Source: Eledone cirrhosa (taxonomy: Eukaryota). From it: a stretch of DNA of 64,000 nt. Shown piece by piece: positions 36,401 to 48,000 of the stretch. Each line of letters begins with the position of its first letter. The stretch's first letter is position 1. The translations under genes were made by a program, and so were the position numbers. Below the pieces are notes generated by a model. It was given only the letters and a program-made list of their open reading frames with translations. It was not told the origin of the DNA and searched no databases. The stretch lies in assembly GCA_964016885.1 (NCBI GenBank), contig OZ024754.1:25916001-25980000 (forward strand), given 5' to 3'.

Positions 36401-39000
36401 ACAACCTGCTGCTGTCCACCTCTCCTGAGAGTTTCTTCTCAGACAACCTTCTGCTGTCCACCTCTCCTGAGAGTTTCTTCTCAGACAACATTCTGCTGTC
36501 CAGCTCGCCTGAGAGTTTCTTCTTAGACGACCTTAAGCTGTCGAGCTCTCCTGAGAGTTTCTTCCCAGACTATCTGCTGCTGTCCCCCGCTACTGAGAGT
36601 TTCTTCTCAGACAACCTTCTGCTGTCCAGCTCTCCTGAGAGTTTCTTCTTAGACAACCTGCTGCTGTCCACCTTTCCTGAGAGTTTCTTCTCAGACAACC
36701 TGCTGCTGTCCACCTCTCCTGAGAGTTTCTTCTCAGACAACTTTCTGCTGTCCAGCTCTCCTGAGAGTTTCTTCTCAGACAACCTTCTGCTGTCCACCTC
36801 TCCTGAGGGTTTCTTCTCAGACAACCTTCTGCTGTCCACCTCTCCTGAGAGTTTCTTCTCAGACAACCTGCTGCTGTCCAGCTCTCCTGAGAGTTTCTTC
36901 TCAGACAATCTGCTGCTGTCCCCCGCTACTGAGAGTTTCTTCTCAGACAACCTGATGCTGTCCAGCTCTCCCTGAGAGTTTCTTCTCAGACGACCTTCTG
37001 CTGTTCACCTCTCCTGACAGTTTCTTCTCAGACAACCTGCTGCTGTCCACCTGTCCTGAGAGTTTCTTCTCAGACAAGCTTCTGCTGTCCACATCTCCCT
37101 GAGAGTTTCTTCTCAGACGACCTTCTGCTGTCCAGCTCTACTGAGAGTTTCTTCTCAGACAATCTTCTGCTGTCCAGTTCTCCTGAGAGTTTCTTCTCAG
37201 ACAACCTTCTGCTGTCCAGCTCTCCTGAGAGTTTCTTCTCGGACAACCTTCTGCTGTCCACCTCACTTGAGAGTTTCTTCTCAGACAACTTGCTGCTGTC
37301 CACCTATCCTGAGAGTTTCTTCTCAGACGACCGTCTGTGGTCCACCTCTCCTGAGAGTTTCTTCTCAGACAATCTTCTGCTGTCCACATCTCCCTGAGAG
37401 TTTCTTCTCAGACAACCTGCTGCTGTCCACCTCTCCTGAGACTTTCTTCTCAGACAACCTGTTGCTGTCCAGCTATCCCAGATAGTTTCTTCTCAGACAA
37501 CCTGCTGCTGTCCACCTCTCCTGAGAGTATCTTCTCAGACAACCTTCTGCTGTCCAGCTCTCCCTGAGAGTTTCTTTTCAGACGACCTGCTGCTGTCCAG
37601 CTCTCCCTAAGAGTTTCTTCTCAGACAACCTTCTGCTGTCCTGCTCTCCTGAGAGTTTCTTCTCAAACGACCTTCTGCTGTCCACCTCTCCCTGAGAGTT
37701 TCTTCTCAGACAACATGCTGCTGTCCACCTCTCCTGAGAGTTTCTTCTCAGACAACCTTCTGCTGTCCAGCTCTCCCCGAGAGTTTCTTCTCAGACGACC
37801 TTCTGCTCTCCAGCACTCCCTAAGAATTTCTTCTCAGACGACCTGCTGCTGTCCAGCTCTCCCTGAGAGTTTCTTCTCAGACGACCTTCTGCTGTCCAGC
37901 TCTCACTGAGAGTTTCTTCTCAGACGACCTGCTTCTGTCCAGCTCTCCCTGAGAGTTTCTTCTCAGACAACCTTCTGCTGTCCTGCTCTCCTGAGAGTTT
38001 CTTCTCAGACGACCTTCTGCTATCCACCTCTCCCTGAGAGTTTCTTCTCAGACAACCTGTGGCTGTCCACCTCTCCTGAGAGTTTCTTCTCAGACAACCT
38101 TCTGCTGTCCAGCTCTCCTGAGAGTTTCTTCTCAGAGAACCTGCTGTTGTCCACCTCTCCTGAGAGTTTCTTCTCAGACAACCTGCTGCTGTCATCCTCA
38201 CCTGAGAGTTTCTTCTCAGACAACCTTCTGCTGTCCACCTCTCCTGAGAATGTTCTTCTCAGATAACCTGTTGCTGTCCAGCTCTCCCTGAGAGTTTCTT
38301 CTCAGACAGCCTTCTGCTGTCCACCTCTCCTGAAAGTTTCTTCACAGATAACCTTCAGCTGTCCACCTCTCCTGAGAGTTTCTTCTCAGACAACCTGTGG
38401 CTGTCCACCTCTCCTGAGAGTTTCTTCTCATACAACCTGCTGCTGTCCACCTCTCCTGAGAGTTTCTTCTTAGACAACCTGCTGTTGTCCACCTCTCCTG
38501 AGATTTCTTCTCAGACAACCTGCTGCTGTCCACGTCTCCTGAGAGTTTCTTCTCAGACAACCTTCTGCTGTCCACCTCTCCTGGGAGGTTCTTCTCAGAT
38601 AACCTTCTGCTGTCCAGCTCTCCTGAGAGTTTCTTCTCAGACATCCTTCTGCTGTCCAGCTCTCCTGAGAGTTTCTTCTCAGACAACCTGCTACTGTCCA
38701 GCTCTCCTGAAAGTTTCTTCTCAGACAACCTTCTGCTGTCCAGCTCTCCTGAGAGTGTCTTCTCAGACAATCTGCTGCTGTCCACCTCTCCTGAGAGTTT
38801 CTTCTCAGACAACCTACTGCTGTCCACCTCTCCTGAGAGTTTCTTCTCAGACAACCTTCTGCTGTCCAGCTCTCCTGAGAGTTTCTTCTCAGAGAACCTT
38901 CTGTTGTCCACCTCTCCTGAGAGTTTCTTCTCAGACAACCTGCTGCTGTCCACCTCTCCTGAGAGTTTCTTCTCAGACAACCTTCTGCTGTCCACCTCTC
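30430..39000 (+). repeat. Domain C sub-family: 42-mer-rich, with more divergent monomers and a 3379-bp repeat pair
   Basis: Marker TCCCCCGCTACTGAG lies at 32104, 33204, 33540, 36583 and 36919 only; CAGCTATCCCAGATAG at ~34091 and ~37470. ORF offsets are 3379 (33691/37070, 34336/37715), 3465 (34877/38342), 3043 (32270/35313) and 4773 (31161/35934). Confidence 0.85.
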
Positions 39001-42000
39001 CTGAGAATGTTCTTCTCAGATAACCTGTTGCTGTCCAGCTCCCCCTGAGAGTTTCTTCTCAGACAACCTTCTGCTGTCCTGCTCTCCTGAGAGTTTCTTC
39101 TCAGACGACCTTCTGCTGTCCACCTCTCCCTGAGAGTTTCTTCTCAGACAACCTGTGGCTGTCCACCTCTCCTGAGAGTTTCTTCTCAGACAACATGCTG
39201 CTGTCCACCTCTCCTGAGAGTTTCTTCTCAGACAACCTTCTGCTGTCCAGCTCTCCCTGAGAGTTTCTTCTCAGACGACCTTCTGCTCTCCAGCACTCCC
39301 TGAGAATTTCTTCTCAGACGACATGCTGCTGTCCAGCTCTCCCTGAGAATTTCTTCTCAGACGACATTCTGCTGTCCAGCTCTCCCTGAGAGATTCTTCT
39401 CAGACGACCTGCTGCTGTCCAGCTCTCCCTGAGAGTTTCTTCTCAGACAACCTTCTGCTGTCTTGCTCTCCTGAGAGTTTCTTCTCAGACGACCTTCTGC
39501 TGTCCACCTCTCCCTGAGAGTTTCTTCTCAGACAACCTGTGGCTGTCCACCTCTCCTGAGAGTTTCTTCTCAGACAACCTTCTGCTGTCCAGCTCTCCTG
39601 AGAGTTTCTTCTCAGAGAACCTGCTGTTGTCCACCTCTCCCTGAGAGTTTCTTCTCAGACAACCTTCTGCTGTCCAGCTCTCCTGAGAGTTTCTTCTCAG
39701 AGGACCTTCTGTTGTGCACATCTCCCTGAGAGTTTCTTCTCAGACAACCTGTGACTGTCCAACTCTCCTCAGAGTTTCTTCTCTGAGGACCTTGTGCTGT
39801 CCAGCTTTCCCTGAGAGTTTCTTCTCAGACGACCTTCTGCTGTCCAGCTCTCCCTGAGAGTTTCTTCTCAGACGACCTTCTACTGTCCAGCTCTCCCTGA
39901 GAGTTTCTTCTCAGACGACCTTCTACTGTCCAGCTCTCCCTGAGAGTTTCTTCTCAGGCGACCTTCTGCTGTCCAGCTCTCCCTGAGAGTTTCTTCTCAG
40001 ACAACCTTCTTCTGTCCAGCTCTCCTGAGAGTTTCTTCTCAGACAACCTGCTGCTGTCCACCTCTCCTGAGAGTTTCTTCTCAGACAACCTGCTACTGTC
40101 CACCTCTCGTGAGAGTTTCTTCTCAGACAAGCTGCTGTTGTCCACCTCTCCTGAGAGTTTCTTCTCAAACAACATTCTGCTGTCCAGCTCTCCTGAGAGT
40201 TTCTTCTCAGACAACCTGCTGCTGTCCACCTCTCCTGAGAGTTTCTTCTCAGACAACCTTCTGCTGTCCAGCTCTCCTGAGAGTTTCTTCTCAGACGACC
40301 TTCTGCTGTCCACCTCTCCCTGAGAGTTTCTTCTCAGACAACCTGCTGCTGTCCACCTCTCCTGAGAGTTTCTTCTCAGACAAACTGTTGCTGTCCAGCT
40401 CTCCCTGAGAGTTTCTTCTCAGACAACCTGCTGCTGTCCACCTCTCCTGAGAGTTTGTTCTCAGACAACCTGTTGCTGTCCACCTCTCCCTGAGAGTTTC
40501 TTCTCAGACAACCTGCTGCTGTCCACCTCTCCTGAGAGTTTCTTCTCAGACAACCTGCTGCTGTCCACCTCTCCTGAGAGTTTCTTCTCAGACAACCTTC
40601 TGCTGTCCAGCTCTCCTGAGAGTTTCTTCTCAGAGAACCTTCTGTTGTCCACCTCTCCTGAGAGTTTTTTCTCAGACAACCTGCTGCTGTCCACCTCTCC
40701 TGAGAGTTTCTTCTCAGACAACCTCTGCTATCCACCTCTCCTGAGAATGTTCTTCTCAGATAACCTGTTGCTGTCCAGCTCTCCCTGAGAGTCTCTTCTC
40801 AGACAACATTCTGCTGTCCAGCTCTCCCTGAGAGTTTCTTCTCAGACGACCTTCTGCTCTCCAGCACTCCCTGAGAATTTCTTCTCAGTCGACCTGCTGC
40901 TGTCCAGCTCTCCCTGAGAGTTTCTTCTCAGACGACCTTCTGCTGTCCAGCTCTCCCTGAGAGTTTCTTCTCAGACGACCTTCTGCTGTCCACCTCTCCC
41001 TGAGAGTTTCTTCTCAGACAACCTGTGGCTGTCCACCTCTCCTGAGAGTTTCTTCTCAGACAACCTTCTGCTGTCCAGCTCTCCTGAGAGTTTCTTCTCA
41101 GAGAACCTGCTGTTGTCCACCTCTCCTGAGAGTTTCTTCTCAGACAACCTGCTGCTGTCCACCTCTCCTGTGAGTTTCTTCTCAAACAACCTTCTGCTGT
41201 CCACCTCTCCTGAGAATGTTCTTCTCAGATAACCTGTTGCTGTCCAGCTCTCCCTGAGAGTTTCTTCTCAGACAACCTTCTGCTGTCCAGCTCTCCTGAA
41301 AGTTTCTTCACAGATAACCTTCTGCTGTCCACCTCTCCTGAGAGTTTCTTCTCAGACAACCTGTGGCTGTCCAGCTCTCCTGAGAGTTTTTTCTCAGACA
41401 ACCTTCTGCTGTCCAGCTCTCCTGAGAGTTTCTTCTCAGACAGCCTTCTGCTGTCCACCTCTCCTGAAAGTTTCTTCACAGATAACCTTAAGCTGTCCAC
41501 CTCTCCTGAGAGTTTCTTCTCAGACAACCTGTGGCTGTCCACCTCTCCTGAGAGTTTCTTCTCAGACAACCTTCTGCTGTCCAGCTCTCCCTGAGAGTTT
41601 CTTCTCAGACAACCTTCTGCTGTCCAGCTCTCATGAGAGTTTCTTCTCAGACAACCTGCTGCTGTCCACCTCTCCAGAGAGTTTCTTCTCAGACAACCTG
41701 CTGCTGTCCACCTCTCCTGAGAGTTTCTTCTCAGACAACCTGCTGTTGTCCACCTCTCCTGAGATTTCTTCTCAGACAACCTTCTGCTGTCCAGCTCTCC
41801 CTGAGAGTTTCTTCTCAGACAACCTTCTGCTGTCCAGCTCTCCTGAGAGTTTCTTCTCAGACAACCTGCTACTGTCCAGCTCTCCTGAAAGTTTCTTCTC
41901 AGACAACCTTCTGCTGTCCAGCTCTCCTGAGAGTTTCTTCTCAGACAACCTGCTGCTGTCCACCTCTCCTGAGAGTTTCTTCTCAGACAACCTACTGCTG

Positions 42001-45000
42001 TCCACCTCTCCTGAGAGTTTCTTCTCAGACAACCTTCTGCTGTCCAGCTCTCGCTGAGAGTTTCTTCTCAGACGACTTTCTGCTGTCCACCTCTGCCTGA
42101 GATTTTCTTCTCAGACAACCTGTGGCTGTCCAACTCTCCTCAGAGTTTCTTCTCAGACGACCTTCTGCTGTCCAGCTCTCCCTGAGAGTTTCTTCTCAGA
42201 CGACCTCCTGCTGTCCAGCTCTCCTGAGAGTTTCTTCTCAGACGACCTGCTGCTGTCCAGCTCTCCCTGAGAGTTTCTTCTCAGACAACCTGCTGTTGTC
42301 CACCTCTCCCTGAGAGTTTCTTCTCAGACAAACCTCTGCTGTCCAGCTCTCCTGAGAGTTTCTTCTCAGACAACCTTCTGCTGTCCACCTCACTTGAGAG
42401 TTTCTTCTCAGACAACCTGTGACTGTCCAACTCTCCTCAGAGTTTCTTCTCTTAGGACTTTCTGCTGTCCAGCTCTCCCTGAGAGTTTCTTCTCAGACAA
42501 CCTGTTGCTGTCCAGCTCTCCTGAGAGTTTATTCTCAGACAACCTGCTGCTGTCCACCTCTCCCTGAGAGTTTCTTCTCAGACAACCCTCTGCTGTCCAG
42601 CGCTCCTGAGAGTTTCTTCTCAGACGACCTTCTGCTGTCCATCTCTCCCTGAGAGTTTCTTCTCAGACGACCTTCTGCTGTCCAGCACTGCCTCAGAGTT
42701 TCTGCTGAGACAAACTTCTGCTGTCCACCTCTCCTGAGAGTTTCTTCTCAGCCAACCTTCTGCTGTCCAGCTCTCCCTGAGAGTTTCTCCTCAGACGACC
42801 ATCTGCTGTCCACCTCTCCTGAGAGTTTCTTCTTAGACAACCTTCTGCTGTCCACCTGTCATGAGAGTTTCTTCTCAGACGACATTCTGCTGTCCAGCTC
42901 TCCCTGAGAGTTTCTTCTCAGACGACCTGCTGCTGTCCAGCTCTCCCTCGGATTTTCTTCTCAGACAACCTTCTGCTGTCCTGCTCTCCTGGGAGTTTCT
43001 TCTCAGACGACCTTCTGCTGTCCACCTCTCCTGAAAGTTTCTTCACATATAACCTTCTGCTGTCCACCTCTCCTGAGAGTTTCTTCTCAGACAACCTGTG
43101 GCTGTCCACCTCTCCTGAGAGTTTCTTCTCAGACAACCATTTGTTGTCCAGCTCTCCTGAGAGTTTCTTCTCAGACAGCCTTCTGCTGTCCACCTCTCCT
43201 GAAAGTTTCTTCACAGATAACCTTCTGCTGTCCACCTCTCTTGTGAGTTTCTTCTCAGACAACCTGTGGCTGTCTACCTCTCCTCAGAGTTTCTTCTCAG
43301 ACAACCTTCTGCTGTCCAGCTCTCCCTGAGAGTTTCTTCTCAGACAACCATCTGCTGTCCACCTCTCCTGAGAGTTTCTTCTCATACAACCTTCTGCTGT
43401 CCACCTCTCCTGAGAGTTTCTTCTCAGTCGACCTTCTGCTGTCCAGCTCTCCTGAGAGTTTCTTCTCAGACAACCTGCTGCTGTCCACCTCTCCTGAGAG
43501 TTTCTTCTCAGACAACCTTCTGCTGTCCAGCTCTCCCTGAGAGTTTCTTCTTAGACAACCTTCTGCTGTCCAGCTCTCACTGAGAGTTTCTTCTCAGACA
43601 ATCTTCTGCTGTCCAGCTCTCCTGAGAGTTTCTTCTCAGACGACTTTCTGCTGTCCACCTCTCCCTGAGAGTTTCTTCTCAGACAGCCTGTGGCTGTCCA
43701 ACTCTCCTCAGAGTTTCTTCTCTGAGGACATTCTGCTGTCCAGCTCTCCCTGAGAGTTTCTTCTCAGACGACCTTCTGCTGTCCAGCTCTCCCTGAGAGT
43801 TTCTTCTCAGACGACCTGCTGCTGTCTAGCTCTCCCTGAGAGTTTCTTCTCAGACGACCTCCTGCTCTCCAGCTCTCCTGAGAGTTTCTTCTCAGACGAC
43901 CTGCTACTGTCCAGCTCTCGCTGAGAGTTTCTTCTCAGATAACCTGCTGCTGTCCAGCTCTCCTGAGAGTTTCTTCTCAGACAACCTGCTGCTTTCCAGC
44001 TCTCACTGAGAGTTTCTTCTCAGACAACCTTCTGCTGTCCAGCTCTCCTGAGAGATTCTTCTCAGACGACTTTCTGCTGTCCAGCTCTCCCTGAGAGTTT
44101 CTTCTTAGACAACCTTCTGTTGTCCAGCTCTCACTGAGAGTTTCTTCTCAGACAACCTTCTGCTGTCCAGCTCTCCCTGAGAGTTTCTTCTCAGACGACC
44201 TTCTGCTGTCCACCTCTCCCTAAGAGTTTCTTCTCAGACAACCTGTGGCTGTCCACCTCTCCTGAGAGTTTCTTCTCAGACAACCTTCTGCTGTCCAGCT
44301 CTCCTGAGAGTTTCTTCTCAGAGAACCTGCTGTTGTCCACCTCTCCCTGAGAGTTTCTTCTCAGACAACGTTCTGCTGTCCAGCTCTCCTGAGAGTTTCT
44401 TCTCAGAGGACCTTCTGTTGTGCACATCTCCCTGAGAGTTTCTTCTCAGACAACCTGTGACTGTCCAACTCTTCTCAGAGTTTCTTCTCTGAGGACCTTC
44501 TGCTGTCCAGCTTTCCCTGAGAGTTTCTTCTCAGACGACCTTCTGCTGTCCAGCTCTCCCTGAGAGTTTCTTCTCAGACGACCTTCTACTGTCCAGCTCT
44601 CCCTGAGAGTTTCTTCTCAGACGACCTTCTACTGTCCAGCTCTCCCTGAGAGTTTCTTCTCAGGCGAACTTCTGCTGTCCAGCTCTCCCTGAGAGTTTCT
44701 TCTCAGACAACCTTCTGCTGTCCAGCTCTCCTGAGAGTTTCTTCTCAGACAACCTGCTGCTGTCCACCTCTCCTGAGAGTTTCTTCTCAGACAACCTGCT
44801 ACTGTCCACCTCTCGTGAGAGTTTCTTCTCAGATAACCTTCTGCTGTCCAGCTCTCCTGAGAGTTTCTTCTCAGACAACCTTCTGCTGTCCAGCTCTCCT
44901 GAGAGTTTCTTCTCAGACAACCTACTACTGTCCAGCTCTCCTGAAAGTTTCTTCTCAGACAACCTTCTGCTGTCCAGCTCTCCCAGAGAGTTTCTTCTCA

Positions 45001-48000
45001 GACGACCATCTGCTGTCCACCTCTCCTGAGAGTTTCTTCTCATACAACCTTCTGCTGTCCACCTCTCCTGAGAGTTTCTTCTCAGTCGACCTTCTGCTGT
45101 CCAGCTCTCCTGAGAGTTTCTTCTCAGACAACCTGCTGCTGTCCACCTCTCCTGAGAGTTTCTTCTCAGACAACCTTCTGCTGTCCAGCTCTCCCTGAGA
45201 GTTTCTTCTTAGACAACCTTCTGCTGTCCAGCTCTCACTGAGAGTTTCTTCTCAGACAACCTTCTGCTGTCCAGCTCTCCTCAGAGTTTCTTCTCAGGCG
45301 ACTTTCTGCTGTCCACCTCTCCCTGAGAGTTTCTTCTCAGACAGCCTGTGGCTGTCCAACTCTCCTCAGAGTTTCTTCTCTGAGGACATTCTGCTGTCCA
45401 GCTCTCCCTGAGAGTTTCTTCTCAGACGACCTTCTGCTGTCCAGCTCTCCCTGAGAGTTTCTTCTCAGACGACCTGCTGCTGTCTAGCTCTCCCTGAGAG
45501 TTTCTTCTCAGACGACCTCCTGCTCTCCAGCTCTCCTGAGAGTTTCTTCTCAGACGACCTGCTACTGTCCAGCTCTCGCTGAGAGTTTCTTCTCAGACAA
45601 CCTTCTGCTGTCCAGCTCTCCTGAGAGTTTCTTCTCAGACGACTTCCTGCTGTCCACCTCTCCCTGAGAGTTTCTTCTCAGACAGCCTGTGGCTGTCCAA
45701 CTCTCCTCAGAGTTTCTTCTCTGAGGACATTCTGCTGTCCAGCTCTCCCTGAGAGTTTCTTCTCAGACGACCTTCTGCTGTCCAGCTCTCCCTGAGAGTT
45801 TCTTCTCAGACGACCTGCTGCTGTCTACCTCTCCCTGAGAGTTTCTTCTCAGACGACCTCCTGCTCTCCAGCTCTCCTGAGAGTTTCTTCTCAGACGACC
45901 TGCTACTGTCCAGCTCTCGCTGAGAGTTTCTTCTCAGATAACCTGCTGCTGTCCAGCTCTCCTGAGAGTTTCTTCTCAGACAACCTGCTGCTTTCCAGCT
46001 CTCACTGAGAGTTTCTTCTCAGACAACCTTCTGCTGTCCAGCTCTCCTGAGAGATTCTTCTCAGACGACTTTCTGCTGTCCAGCTCTCCCTGAGAGTTTC
46101 TTCTTAGACAACCTTCTGTTGTCCAGCTCTCACTGAGAGTTTCTTCTCAGACAACCTTCTGCTGTCCAGCTCTCCCTGAGAGTTTCTTCTCAGACGACCT
46201 TCTGCTGTCCACCTCTCCCTAAGAGTTTCTTCTCAGACAACCTGTGGCTGTCCACCTCTCCTGAGAGTTTCTTCTCAGACAACCTTCTGCTGTCCAGCTC
46301 TCCTGAGAGTTTCTTCTCAGAGAACCTGCTGTTGTCCACCTCTCCCTGAGAGTTTCTTCTCAGACAACCTTCTGCTGTCCAGCTCTCCTGAGAGTTTCTT
46401 CTCAGAGGACCTTCTGTTGTGCACATCTCCCTGAGAGTTTCTTCTCAGACAACCTGTGACTGTCCAACTCTCCTCAGAGTTTCTTCTCTGAGGACCTTCT
46501 GCTGTCCAGCTTTCCCTGAGAGTTTCTTCTCAGACGACCTTCTGCTGTCCAGCTCTCCCTGAGAGTTTCTTCTCAGACGACCTTCTACTGTCCAGCTCTC
46601 CCTGAGAGTTTCTTCTCAGACGACTTTCTACTGTCCAGCTCTCCCTGAGAGTTTCTTCTCAGGCGAACTTCTGCTGTCCAGCTCTCCCTGAGAGTTTCTT
46701 CTCAGACAACCTGCTGCTGTCCACCTCTCCTGAGAGTTTCTTCTCAGACAACCTGCTACTGTCCACCTCTCGTGAGAGTTTCTTCTCAGATAACCTTCTG
46801 CTGTCCAGCTCTCCTGAGAGTTTCTTCTCAGACAACCTTCTGCTGTCCAGCTCTCCTGAGAGTTTCTTCTCAGACAACCTACTACTGTCCAGCTCTCCTG
46901 AAAGTTTCTTCTCAGACAACCTTCTGCTGTCCAGCTCTCCCAGAGAGTTTCTTCTCAGACGACCATCTGCTGTCCACCTCTCCTGAGAGTTTCTTCTCAT
47001 ACAACCTTCTGCTGTCCACCTCTCCTGAGAGTTTCTTCTCAGTCGACCTTCTGCTGTCCAGCTCTCCTGAGAGTTTCTTCTCAGACAACCTGCTGCTGTC
47101 CACCTCTCCTGAGAGTTTCTTCTCAGACAACCTTCTGCTGTCCAGCTCTCCCTGAGAGTTTCTTCTTAGACAACCTTCTGCTGTCCAGCTCTCACTGAGA
47201 GTTTCTTCTCAGACAACCTTCTGCTGTCCAGCTCTCCTCAGAGTTTCTTCTCAGGCGACTTTCTGCTGTCCACCTCTCCCTGAGAGTTTCTTCTCAGACA
47301 GCCTTTGGCTGTCCAACTCTCCTCAGAGTTTCTTCTCTGAGGACATTCTGCTGTCCAGCTCTCCCTGAGAGTTTCTTCTCAGACGACCTTCTGCTGTCCA
47401 GCTCTCCCTGAGAGTTTCTTCTCAGACGACCTGCTGCTGTCTAGCTCTCCCTGAGAGTTTCTTCTCAGACGATCTCCTGCTCTCCAGCTCTCCTGAGAGT
47501 TTCTTCTCAGACGACCTGCTACTGTCCAGCTCTCGCTGAGAGTTTCTTCTCAGATAACCTGCTGCTGTCCAGCTCTCCTGAGAGTTTCTTCTCAGACAAC
47601 CTGCTGCTTTCCAGCTCTCACTGAGAGTTTCTTCTCAGACAACCTTCTGCTGTCCAGCTCTCCTGAGAGATTCTTCTCAGACGACTTTCTGCTGTCCAGC
47701 TCTCCCTGAGAGTTTCTTCTTAGACAAACTTCTGTTGTCCAGCTCTCACTGAGAGTTTCTTCTCAGACAACCTTCTGCTGTCCAGCTCTCCCTGAGAGTT
47801 TCTTCTCAGACGACCTTCTGCTGTCCACCTCTCCCTAAGAGTTTCTTCTCAGACAACCTGTGGCTGTCCACCTCTCCTGAGAGTTTCTTCTCAGACAACC
47901 TTCTGCTGTCCAGCTCTCCTGAGAGTTTCTTCTCAGAGAACCTGCTGTTGTGCACATCTCCCTGAGAGTTTCTTCTCAGACAACCTGTGACTGTCCAACT

